Shown here in pieces: positions 18,322-26,254 of a DNA stretch of 64,000 nucleotides. Numbering within the stretch: the stretch's first letter is position 1; every line of letters starts with the position of its first letter. This DNA is from Opitutus sp. GAS368 (lineage in GTDB: Bacteria > Verrucomicrobiota > Verrucomicrobiia > Opitutales > Opitutaceae). The notes below the pieces were generated by a model that was not told the DNA's origin, made no database searches, and was given only the letters and a program-made list of their open reading frames with translations. The stretch spans positions 5,915 through 69,914 of the forward strand of contig CAMDOO010000005.1 of assembly GCA_945903545.1 (NCBI GenBank), given 5' to 3'. Both the position numbers and the translations under genes were made by a program.

Positions 18322-19056
18322 TTAGAGCAGCAAACCGATCACTTCCGGGGCCGCCTTGCTCGCGAGCATGAAAAAGTAATTCTGGTCCGCCCAGGACACG
18401 AAGCTCACCCCGCCCAGGGCCTTGGTGCCCGTGAAGGCGTCCGGCTTCAGGTTCGAATAGTCCGACCGATTCACGATGTAGAAGTGATAAAAATCACCGT
18501 TCCGCTTGAAGCAGATCTCGACCATCTCGTGATTGTCATTCGTCAGGGTGCGGCAGCCGGTCGTGCGCAGCGTTTCGAAATCGAAATGCAGCCCGGTCGC
18601 GAGGCACAGGCCATCCTGCTCCAGCAAGGCCTTGAAGTCGTTGGCCGCCGTACCGATCGGCCGGGCGTGCTTCCCCGCCTGCGCATCCTGGATGGCAAAC
18701 GCGGTCAGCTTCTCGACGTCCATCGTCGGCTTGGCCGGCATGACCGTGACCATCCCGGCAAACACGACTAGAGCCGCGGCGGCGCCGATCAGCGCCGGAC
18801 GGAACCAGCGGGAGCGCATGCTCGGCTGGGCCAGCATGGAGCCGGCGAGCACCGCGTTGCGCAGCTGCGCCGGCGGGACGATTTCCTTCAGCTTGCCAGC
18901 CACCGCGGCGGCGTGCGCCTGCTGCTGGGCAAACCACTGCCCCAGCTCGGGATCGCGCTTCGCCTGCTCCAGCGCCTCTGCAAAGGCGGGATCGGGGGCG
19001 TCCTGCCCGCCCGGCCGGTAGCCACTCAGGATGAACTTGGCGTCCTGGTTCTTCAT
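18322..19056 (-). CDS. putative membrane anti-sigma factor
   Basis: 244 aa. A 4-nt overlap (ATGA) links it to the upstream ECF sigma gene. One central TM (ALIGAAAALVVFAGMVTVM) with cytoplasmic N-terminal and extracytoplasmic C-terminal domains. Confidence 0.55.
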   Translation of the reverse strand: MKNQDAKFILSGYRPGGQDAPDPAFAEALEQAKRDPELGQWFAQQQAHAAAVAGKLKEIVPPAQLRNAVLAGSMLAQPSMRSRWFRPALIGAAAALVVFAGMVTVMPAKPTMDVEKLTAFAIQDAQAGKHARPIGTAANDFKALLEQDGLCLATGLHFDFETLRTTGCRTLTNDNHEMVEICFKRNGDFYHFYIVNRSDYSNLKPDAFTGTKALGGVSFVSWADQNYFFMLASKAAPEVIGLLL

Positions 19057-19610
19057 TGGGCGAACCGCTGGCGCGCGGCATTGAACTCGATGACCTTGGC
19101 CCGACCGGCCGTTTCCTCACGGGCGAGCGCCGCGCGGAGCTGGGCCTTGCCGCGCGAAAGCCGCGACATCACCGTGCCAATCGGCACCTCCAGCGCGTTG
19201 GCAATCTCCTGGTACGACAGGTCCTCCAGGTAGAACAACGTGAGCGGCGCACGGAAAATTTCGTCCACCGACTGCAGCGCCACCATCACGGTCGCGGCGT
19301 CGAGCTTCGCCACCCGGTCCACCTCCTCGGCCGCCAGCTCGCTGGCCTGCTGCGGCAGGTCCTCAATCGAGGTGGCCCGCGAGTCGCGCCGGCGGCCGCG
19401 CAGAAATTCACGGTAAAGGGTCGTGAAAAGCCAGGACTCGGCCTTGGCCGCCTCGCGCAGGCCGTGCCCCTTGGTCGCCCAGATGAAGAAGGTCTGCTGC
19501 ACCAAGTCGCCGGCATCCGCCGAATTGCGGGCCAGGCTCAACGCAAAGCGATAGAGCGACGCATAGTGCGCGTCGACCAGCTGAGTGAAGCGTTCGGAAG
19601 CCATTGGCAT
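19053..19610 (-). CDS. ECF-type RNA polymerase sigma-70 factor
   Basis: 185 aa. Region 2 'DLVQQTFFIWATKG..WLFTTLYREFLR' and region 4 'LSYQEIANALEVPIGTVMSRLSRGKAQLR'. Confidence 0.9.
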   Translation of the reverse strand: MPMASERFTQLVDAHYASLYRFALSLARNSADAGDLVQQTFFIWATKGHGLREAAKAESWLFTTLYREFLRGRRRDSRATSIEDLPQQASELAAEEVDRVAKLDAATVMVALQSVDEIFRAPLTLFYLEDLSYQEIANALEVPIGTVMSRLSRGKAQLRAALAREETAGRAKVIEFNAARQRFAQ

Positions 19611-19743
19611 TGGGATGCCACGAGAGCCTCTTTATTCCCGCCGCCGAGAAAAGAGAATTCTCGTCCCGGCCCCGCGTCCCCCGCCCGTCCCCGCGACCCA
19701 GTCCCCCCCGACCCGGTCACCCCATCCCTGACACCCCGGGGGC

Positions 19744-19762
19744 TGTCATCTATTAGATGACA
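19744..19762. promoter_or_regulatory. 19-bp perfect palindrome TGTCATCTA-T-TAGATGACA (copy 1), putative operator
   Basis: Read directly. AT-rich in a GC-rich spacer between the ECF sigma gene (-) and the SNF2 helicase gene (+). Confidence 0.6.
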
Positions 19763-19801
19763 TTGCCCCAGATTCCCCTCCGGCCCGCCCAAGGGCTGGA
19801 A

Positions 19802-19820
19802 TGTCATCTATTAGATGACA
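19802..19820. promoter_or_regulatory. 19-bp perfect palindrome TGTCATCTA-T-TAGATGACA (copy 2; 21 bp with flanking A/T), putative operator
   Basis: Identical to copy 1, centre-to-centre 58 bp. Ends 17 nt before the TTG at 19837. Confidence 0.6.
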
Positions 19821-19836
19821 TTCCCCCCAGGGCATT

Positions 19837-22287
19837 TTGATTGCCCGGTCCCCGGCCTGCTTTCACTCCCATCGGGTGCTCCGGTTCATCCTTCCGCCCA
19901 ATTTTTCCGCTGCCGCGAAGCGCGACGCCATTGCGGTTCGGGTCGAGCTGGACCGGGGTGTCGATCCGGAGGCGGCAGAGATCCCTGCCCTCGCCCTTCT
20001 CCAGCGGTGGTGCGCCACGCCGGTGCCTCCTGCCATGATCCAACTCACCCGGCGTCAGTTGCGCGAATTGATCGGCGCTCTCCCGGGCCAGCCGACTTTC
20101 CGCTATCATTCCACTCCGACCGAACCGGTGCCCTGGGAGGGGGAGCAGCTGCAGGCGGTCTCGGACCATCTGACGGATCCGGTTGCCACTCCGACGATTG
20201 AGCAGCCCAAATCGTCCGCCAAGGACGAGCGTCCGTTGCGAGAGCGGGCCATCTCCGAGCCCATGCGGATTGATGGCACCGAGCACTTCCTCAGCATCGC
20301 CCTGCCCAGCCGCGAGCACCCAAATTATCCAGACGCGGTCGATCTGGTAAAAAGCGCCGGCTTCATGCTCGAGCCCTCGAACCGGCGCTGGTGGCTCCGC
20401 GACCGCCACAAAACCCTCAACTTTCTCGCCGCGCACCGTGACCGCCTGGAACGCGAGTTCGGCGCCGAGTTCACCGACAACTTCCTCAGCCGCACCGCCC
20501 ATATCCAGTCGGCCGCGATCGAGGCCCGCGCCGAGGAAACTGACGGCGGTTATGCCGTCACCCTCGCGGTGCGCGCCGGTACCGCCGCCGACACCGAGGT
20601 CCAGGGCGCCCTCGCGACCAACCGCGGCTACCTCGAATCGGGCGGCAAGATTCACCTCCTCGACGCCAAGGCCCTCAACCGCCTCGCCGCCGCCCAGCAG
20701 GCCCTGAGCCAGGAGACCACCACCGGCCCGGTCGCCCGCCGCACGATCCGCGTCCCCGCCGCCCGCGCCGCCGAACTGCAGGACATGCTGGAGGATCTTT
20801 CGCCCTCATTTGCCCCGCCGGAGTCCTGGCGCAAACGCAGCTCCGGCCTGAAGGACCTCACCCGGCTCGAGCCCGCGCCGTTGGAGACCCGCTTCAGCGA
20901 ACGACTCCGGCCGTACCAACGGCTCGGCACCGCGTGGCTCTGGCATCTCTACCGTCACGGCCTCGGCGGCATCCTCGCCGACGAGATGGGCCTCGGCAAA
21001 ACCATCCAGGCCCTCGGCCTGCTCGCCACCGTGCGCCGCACCGCCCCGTCAGCCGGTCCCGCCCTCGTTGTCGTGCCCGCCTCTCTGCTGGAAAACTGGC
21101 GGCGGGAAGCAGCCATGTTCGCCCCGCAGCTCAAGGTGCGCGTCCACCACGGCGCCGCGCGCGGCGCCGACCCCACCGCGCTGGCCGCGGCCGACCTGAT
21201 CGTGACCTCCTACGGCACCCTCGCCCGCGACCGCGAGCTGTTTGCCGAGCTCAAGCTTTCGGTCCTCGTCGCCGACGAGGCGCAGCACCTCAAGAACCGC
21301 CGCTCGCAGAACGCCTCCGCCCTGCGCTCCCTCCGGGCTCCGGCGCGTTTCCTCCTCACCGGCACGCCCCTCGAAAACTCCCTCGACGACCTGCGCTCCC
21401 TCTTCGAGATCCTCCTCCCCGGTTACCTGCCCCGGCTCCCAGCCGGAATGAAGCGCGAGGAGCGCATCTGGCACGACCAGCGCCTGCGCGCCCAGACCGC
21501 CCCCTACATCCTCCGCCGCACCAAGCGCGCCGTGGCCCCCGAGCTTCCGGCCAAGCTGGAGCAGATTATCTGGTGCGAGCTCACCGCCGCCCAGTCCGCG
21601 CTCTACCGCAAGGTGCAGGAGGAATCCGAGCGCGCCCTCTTCGACCTCGAGGCCGGCGGCGCCACCGAGGCCAGCCTGCGCCTCGCCGCCCTCACCCAGC
21701 TCCTCCGGCTGCGCCAGATCTGCTGCGACCCGCGCCTTGTGCCCGGGGGATTGCCCGATGCCACGCCCTTCAACGACTCCGCCAAGCTCGAGGCCTTTAG
21801 CGAACTACTAGACGAGGCGGTCGATGACGGCCACCGGGTGCTCGTCTTCTCGCAGTTCACCTCATTGCTCGACCTGCTCGGCGCGGAACTCGAGGCAAAG
21901 GGCCTCCTGTGCTGTCGTCTCGACGGTTCAATGAGCACGGCCAAGCGCCAGGCCGAGGTCGACCGTTTCCAGGACTCGCCCGAGATCCCCGTCTTCCTGC
22001 TCTCGCTCAAGGCCGGCGGCACCGGCCTCAACCTCACCGCGGCCGACACCGTCGTGCATTTCGACCCCTGGTGGAACCCCGCCGCCGAGGCCCAGGCCAC
22101 GGACCGCGCCCACCGCATCGGCCAGACGCGGATCGTCACCAGCTACAAGCTCATCGCCGCCGGCACCGTGGAGGAAAAGGTCCTCGGCCTGCAGGACTCC
22201 AAGCGCGCCCTCCTCGCTGATGTCTTCGAGGCCAGCGACGCCACGGCAGCCAAGCTCTCGCTCGCCGACCTGAAGGCGCTGCTGTAA
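19837..22287 (+). CDS. SNF2-family (RapA/HepA-like) DEAD/DEAH-box helicase
   Basis: 'LADEMGLGKTIQALG', 'LVADEAQHLKNRRS', 'LTGTPLENSL', 'VLVFSQFTSLLD', and 'AADTVVHFDPWWNPAAEAQATDRAHRIGQ'. The ORF-track start at 19837 is a TTG. The first ATG is at 20035 (MIQLTRRQLREL), so the start is uncertain. Confidence 0.85.
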   Translation: MIARSPACFHSHRVLRFILPPNFSAAAKRDAIAVRVELDRGVDPEAAEIPALALLQRWCATPVPPAMIQLTRRQLRELIGALPGQPTFRYHSTPTEPVPWEGEQLQAVSDHLTDPVATPTIEQPKSSAKDERPLRERAISEPMRIDGTEHFLSIALPSREHPNYPDAVDLVKSAGFMLEPSNRRWWLRDRHKTLNFLAAHRDRLEREFGAEFTDNFLSRTAHIQSAAIEARAEETDGGYAVTLAVRAGTAADTEVQGALATNRGYLESGGKIHLLDAKALNRLAAAQQALSQETTTGPVARRTIRVPAARAAELQDMLEDLSPSFAPPESWRKRSSGLKDLTRLEPAPLETRFSERLRPYQRLGTAWLWHLYRHGLGGILADEMGLGKTIQALGLLATVRRTAPSAGPALVVVPASLLENWRREAAMFAPQLKVRVHHGAARGADPTALAAADLIVTSYGTLARDRELFAELKLSVLVADEAQHLKNRRSQNASALRSLRAPARFLLTGTPLENSLDDLRSLFEILLPGYLPRLPAGMKREERIWHDQRLRAQTAPYILRRTKRAVAPELPAKLEQIIWCELTAAQSALYRKVQEESERALFDLEAGGATEASLRLAALTQLLRLRQICCDPRLVPGGLPDATPFNDSAKLEAFSELLDEAVDDGHRVLVFSQFTSLLDLLGAELEAKGLLCCRLDGSMSTAKRQAEVDRFQDSPEIPVFLLSLKAGGTGLNLTAADTVVHFDPWWNPAAEAQATDRAHRIGQTRIVTSYKLIAAGTVEEKVLGLQDSKRALLADVFEASDATAAKLSLADLKALL

Positions 22288-22288
22288 A

Positions 22289-23092
22289 TCAACGCGCCGC
22301 GCTGAGCAGCGCCTTAAGCCGCACACAGATCGTAGGGCCGCCGGCCAGATAGGTGATGGGCTTCATCTTCAGGTCAAACTGACGGATGGGGAGCTGTTCA
22401 CCGTTCAGGAAGTGCACTTCGCCGCCCGCGGCCTGCATCAGCGGGATCGCCGCCGCGAGGTCCCAGATCTTCACGTTGAAGTCCACGCAGCCGTCGAGCA
22501 GTCCCGTCGCCGCGTAGGCCAGGTGCAGCGTCGCACTGCCCAGGCTGCGGATTTTGAATTCGGACATCACGCCGCTCGCCATCGCGAGCAGCGTCTTGTC
22601 GCTCGGACTGTGCAGCCCGACCAGGGAGGAAGGCGTCAGGGGCGCGGACGACACCCGCACGAGCCGGCCGCCGTCGACCACGCCATGACCGGGCCCGCCG
22701 ACAATGAGCGAGCGCCGGCTGAAATCGTAGACCACGCCGTAGACCGGCACGCCGTTCTCCACCAGACCGAGTGCGATCGCGCAGTGCGGGATTCCCAGCG
22801 CGAAATTATTGGTGCCGTCGATCGGGTCGAGCACCCACGAGAAACGCGCCGTCACCGCGATCGGCTCCCTGGAATCGGCCAGCTCCTCGCTCAGGTACTG
22901 GTCGGCGGGAAACTGCCGGGAAAGCTCGGCGAAGATGCCCTCGGAGATCGCGACATCGGTCGCGGTGACCCGGGTGCCGTCGGACTTCCACCGGCTCTCC
23001 ACATTGCCGAAGTCATTATGGAGGCGTTCGGTCTGGCCGAGCACCGCCTGCTGGGCGGCTTGAATCCGGGCGTTGAGTTCGGGCGAAGACAT
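22289..23092 (-). CDS. inositol monophosphatase family protein
   Basis: ORF 22289..23176(-), start set to ATG 23092. 'YLSEEL' metal site, 'WVLDPIDGTNNF', and a late 'KIWDLAAAIPLMQAAGG'. Confidence 0.85.
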   Translation of the reverse strand: MSSPELNARIQAAQQAVLGQTERLHNDFGNVESRWKSDGTRVTATDVAISEGIFAELSRQFPADQYLSEELADSREPIAVTARFSWVLDPIDGTNNFALGIPHCAIALGLVENGVPVYGVVYDFSRRSLIVGGPGHGVVDGGRLVRVSSAPLTPSSLVGLHSPSDKTLLAMASGVMSEFKIRSLGSATLHLAYAATGLLDGCVDFNVKIWDLAAAIPLMQAAGGEVHFLNGEQLPIRQFDLKMKPITYLAGGPTICVRLKALLSAAR

Positions 23093-23333
23093 GTTCCGCC
23101 ACGAAAGTGACGACTCCCCCGGATTCCAAGCCTCGAACCTGTCCGCGGATTTCACGGATTGAGGCGGATTTCCCAATCAGCATCCGGTTCTGCCATCCGC
23201 GTTCATCCGTGTCATCAGCGGGAAGGTTTTGGGGCTCCCTTGGGTTGCGACTCCGCTGGCCTCTGCTGCTGTGCCAAAATCGACCGGGGTATCGCGGCCG
23301 ACCCCGCGAGTCAGCCCTACCTTCGCCTCCGAA

Positions 23334-23897
23334 CTATGCGTAGTCGTACAGCTGGGGATCGCGCCGCGGGGCGGTCCGGCGCACGCGGAAGCGATGGCGC
23401 GCCTCCTTCGGATCGACGGCCTTCGGGTCCGGCCCACCCGGGCCCTCGCCATACGGATCGCCGCCTTCCCCGCCCGGCTCGGCCCCGCCTAGCGAATCCT
23501 CGAGCGAATCCGGATCAGCGCCCTCCTCCAGCTTGCGCACCACCTCCTCCATCTCGCCGTCAATCTTCTCGCCCGTGAGCTCCGCCATGCGGCGCATCAT
23601 CCGGCCCATCGCGCGCGGGTCATTTTCGTCCAAACCGGAAAACTCCTTTTCCATCGCGCCCATCGCAGCCTCCATTCGGGCGTCGTCGGCCCCGCCCTCC
23701 GCGCCCGGCCCGGCCGCCGGCGCCGGCGCGTCATCCGACTTTCCGCCGCTGGTCACCGCAAACGACGAGACCAGCTTGCGCATCGTGTATTTTGGATTCC
23801 CGGGACACTTCGGCACCAGCCGCCCCTGCGCGAGCGTCTTGGCATAGAACTGGTAGACCGTGTGGTTGTCGGGACAGTAGTACTCGTAGATCGGCAT
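23334..23897 (-). CDS. FmdB-family zinc-ribbon protein with acidic C-terminal tail
   Basis: 'MPIYEYYCPDNHTVYQF..VPKCPGNP' is the CxxC..C zinc-ribbon N-terminus of the FmdB/CxxC_CxxC_SSSS family. The rest is low-complexity and acidic. Confidence 0.7.
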   Translation of the reverse strand: MPIYEYYCPDNHTVYQFYAKTLAQGRLVPKCPGNPKYTMRKLVSSFAVTSGGKSDDAPAPAAGPGAEGGADDARMEAAMGAMEKEFSGLDENDPRAMGRMMRRMAELTGEKIDGEMEEVVRKLEEGADPDSLEDSLGGAEPGGEGGDPYGEGPGGPDPKAVDPKEARHRFRVRRTAPRRDPQLYDYA

Positions 23898-24034
23898 GGT
23901 CGTTGCCGGAATCTTGCGCCTGCGCCGGAGAATTCAAGCACCGTGAAAATTTCTGCGATTTAGTGAAAGATTGGTCCCGAATTCTACGTTATTCAGGGGT
24001 ATGACCCTTTTCATCGAAACACCCCACTTGACAT

Positions 24035-24053
24035 GTGCTATCATTGATAGCAC
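24035..24053. promoter_or_regulatory. 19-bp perfect palindrome GTGCTATCA-T-TGATAGCAC, putative VapB autoregulatory operator
   Basis: Lies 10 nt upstream of the vapB ATG, immediately after a TTGACA hexamer (24028..24033). Confidence 0.55.
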
Positions 24054-24063
24054 CCGTGTTTAC

Positions 24064-24303
24064 ATGGCCCAATTGGTCGTCAGAAATCTTGAGGAACAGG
24101 TCGTGGCCCGGCTGCGCCGCCGGGCGGCGGAGCTCGGCGTGTCCGTCGAAGAAGCCCACCGCCAAGTGCTGCGCGAGGCGTTGCTCAAGTCCAAGGGCCG
24201 GGGCAAACCGACCTTCAAGGAACATTTGCTGGCAATGCCCGACGTCGGGGGCGACGCGATCTTTGCACGCAACACCAAGACCCGGCGCCCCGTGGAAATC
24301 TGA
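24064..24303 (+). CDS. vapB: type II antitoxin, VapB/FitA-like (ribbon-helix-helix)
   Basis: 79 aa from ATG 24064. 'MAQLVVRNLEEQVVARLRRRAAELGVSVEEAHRQVLREAL'. Its stop overlaps the vapC ATG (TGATG). Confidence 0.8.
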   Translation: MAQLVVRNLEEQVVARLRRRAAELGVSVEEAHRQVLREALLKSKGRGKPTFKEHLLAMPDVGGDAIFARNTKTRRPVEI

Positions 24304-24713
24304 TGGCCTGGTTGCTCGACACCAATGTGCTGTCCGAACTGCGCAAGGGCCCGCGGTGCACCCCCTCGGTGCGCCACTGGTTCGATGGGCTGGATGAACG
24401 CGAGGTTTACACGTGCGTGCTGGTGATCGGCGAAATCCGCCGGGGTGTGGAGCAACTGCGCCGCACCCAAGGCGTCGCAGCCCGCAGCCTCGAGCACTGG
24501 GCGGAGATCACTGAGGAGATGTTCGGTGACCGCCTCCTGCCGATCACGACGGAGATCTGCCACGACTGGGCCCGCTTCGATCCCGCCCAGCAACTGCCCG
24601 ACATCGACGGCCTGATCGCCGCCACCGCCCTGCACCACCGTCTCACGCTGGTGACCCGCAACGTGGCGGACTTCGAGCGGTCCGGCGTGGCAATTTTTAA
24701 TCCGTTCGAATAA
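24303..24713 (+). CDS. vapC: type II toxin VapC (PIN-domain ribonuclease)
   Basis: 136 aa. 'MAWLLDTNVLSELRKG' (first acidic PIN residue), 'DGLIAATALHHRLTLVTRNVADF'. Confidence 0.9.
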   Translation: MAWLLDTNVLSELRKGPRCTPSVRHWFDGLDEREVYTCVLVIGEIRRGVEQLRRTQGVAARSLEHWAEITEEMFGDRLLPITTEICHDWARFDPAQQLPDIDGLIAATALHHRLTLVTRNVADFERSGVAIFNPFE

Positions 24714-24737
24714 TCACAGCGGTGGCCCGGATTATCC

Positions 24738-24798
24738 TGTAGGAACGGGTTTCCCCCGCGAATGACCGGGATGATCGCGGCGTAAAGCCGCTCCTACA
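24738..24798. repeat. TGTAGG...CCTACA REP-like palindrome
   Basis: TGTAGGAACGGGTTTCCCCCGCGAATGACCGGGATGATCGCGGCGTAAAGCCGCTCCTACA. Confidence 0.8.
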
Positions 24799-24849
24799 GT
24801 TGGAACACGATCGCGGCGCGGCCGAAGCCCACGCCCTACCAGCCGGACG

Positions 24850-26019
24850 TCAGTCAGGCTTCTTCCGCAACTGCCCCGCCGGCCGCACCGCCGGGCCGTC
24901 CTTGCGGCTGTTGAGCGCATCAACCACCCCGGCCAGGCGCCGGCGCTTTTCGTTCGTCTCGGCGAAGATCTCCAGCTGCGCCGGCTTTTCCTCGACGCCG
25001 GAGAACTTCACCCCGACGAGCCGCAGGGGCAGGCGCTTCCGCCACGCGGCGCGCAGCAGCTCGCTGACGACGGGATAGAATGGCTGCTCCAGGTCGGTCG
25101 CCTCCGCGAGACTCCGGCCGTGCGACTCATGGGAGAAATCCGGATAACGCACCCGCACCGTCATCGTCCGCACCCGCTTCCCGTCTTTCCGGATCGCCGG
25201 CATCAGCTCGTCCACCATGCCCTTGGCGATTCGCTCCACCTCCTCGAAGTCAGACAAGTTGGTGCCGAAGGTCTGCTGCTGCCCATAGCTCTTGGCGTCC
25301 TCGTGCTCCGTCTCGACCGGCCGGTCGTCGATTCCGCGCGCCATCGCCCGGCATTCCTCCACCCCACTGCCCAGAATCGGCTGCAAGCGGGCCGCCGGCG
25401 CCTCGACCAAGTCGCGCACGGTGCGGACCCCCGCAGCCACCAGCAGTGCCTCGGTCTTGCTGCCGATACCCGGCAGCTTGCCAACCGACAACGGGGCCAG
25501 GAAGGTTTCCTCTGTGCCCGGCGGCACCACGACAAAGCCCCGGGGCTTGCGCAGTTTCGAGGCAATCTGCGCGGTGAGCTGGTTGGCCGCGATGCCCATC
25601 GAGACCGTGAGCCCGAGTTCCCGCAGGATCCTCGCCTGCAGTCCGCGCACGGCCGTCTCCACCTCCGCGGCCGTCTTGAAGCCGCATGGGCCGACATCGA
25701 GATAGCCCTCGTCGATCGAGTTGCGCTGCACGATCGGGGTCAGCGTCTCGCAGAGGTCGAACATCTTGCGCGACGCCTCCCCGTAAACGCCCGGCGTGTG
25801 GGGAATCAGGATCAGGTCCGGGCAGACCCGCAGCGCCGACTGGGTCGGCATCGGCGTATACACCCCGCAAGCCCGCGCCTCGTAGCTGGCGGAGGAGATG
25901 ATGCCGCGCTCCCGGCCGCCCACGGCGCACTTGGTGCCGCGGAGTTCCGGCCGGCGCGCCTGCTCGACCGCGACGAAAAACGCGTCGGCGTCGAGGTGCA
26001 CAATGGTCGGCAGGGGCAT
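24850..26019 (-). CDS. dinB: DNA polymerase IV (Y-family)
   Basis: ORF 24850..26220(-), start set to ATG 26019. 'IVHLDADAFFVAVEQ', 'SIDEGYLD', and 'LSVGKLPGIGSKT'. Confidence 0.9.
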   Translation of the reverse strand: MPLPTIVHLDADAFFVAVEQARRPELRGTKCAVGGRERGIISSASYEARACGVYTPMPTQSALRVCPDLILIPHTPGVYGEASRKMFDLCETLTPIVQRNSIDEGYLDVGPCGFKTAAEVETAVRGLQARILRELGLTVSMGIAANQLTAQIASKLRKPRGFVVVPPGTEETFLAPLSVGKLPGIGSKTEALLVAAGVRTVRDLVEAPAARLQPILGSGVEECRAMARGIDDRPVETEHEDAKSYGQQQTFGTNLSDFEEVERIAKGMVDELMPAIRKDGKRVRTMTVRVRYPDFSHESHGRSLAEATDLEQPFYPVVSELLRAAWRKRLPLRLVGVKFSGVEEKPAQLEIFAETNEKRRRLAGVVDALNSRKDGPAVRPAGQLRKKPD

Positions 26020-26127
26020 GCGGTCACTTTCACCCGCGCGCCGGGCCAATTCAAGGGCAGGCGCGACACTCCTGCCCGGATCGCCACGCCTTGTCCCACC
26101 GGCGGGCGAAACCGGGACACATCTGCC

Positions 26128-26143
26128 CTTACATTTATGTAAG
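26128..26143. promoter_or_regulatory. palindrome CTTACAT-TT-ATGTAAG in the dinB / sigma-factor divergent spacer
   Basis: 7-2-7 inverted repeat read directly, AT-rich. Function unknown. Confidence 0.35.
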
Positions 26144-26254
26144 ACTGGCCACTTCACCTCGGAGCGCCTGCGGATTTCATTTGGAACGATTCCGGCTACT
26201 GCTGTCGGAATAATCAGCACCCGCTAACTATCCCACCTCAACAATCAGCGCACC

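Noticed and set aside
19837-22287. SNF2 helicase as the core of a defence island (DISARM- or BREX-like).
   Set aside because: No adjacent methyltransferase, PLD/nuclease, DUF1998 or other partner genes are present. The neighbours are an ECF sigma operon and an inositol monophosphatase-family gene. It looks like a RapA/HepA-type housekeeping remodeller. Only the upstream palindromes are unusual.
26176-26192. GGAA-CGA-TTCC mini-palindrome as a LexA-like box near dinB.
   Set aside because: It has only 4-bp arms and does not match known LexA consensus sequences. It is too weak to call.
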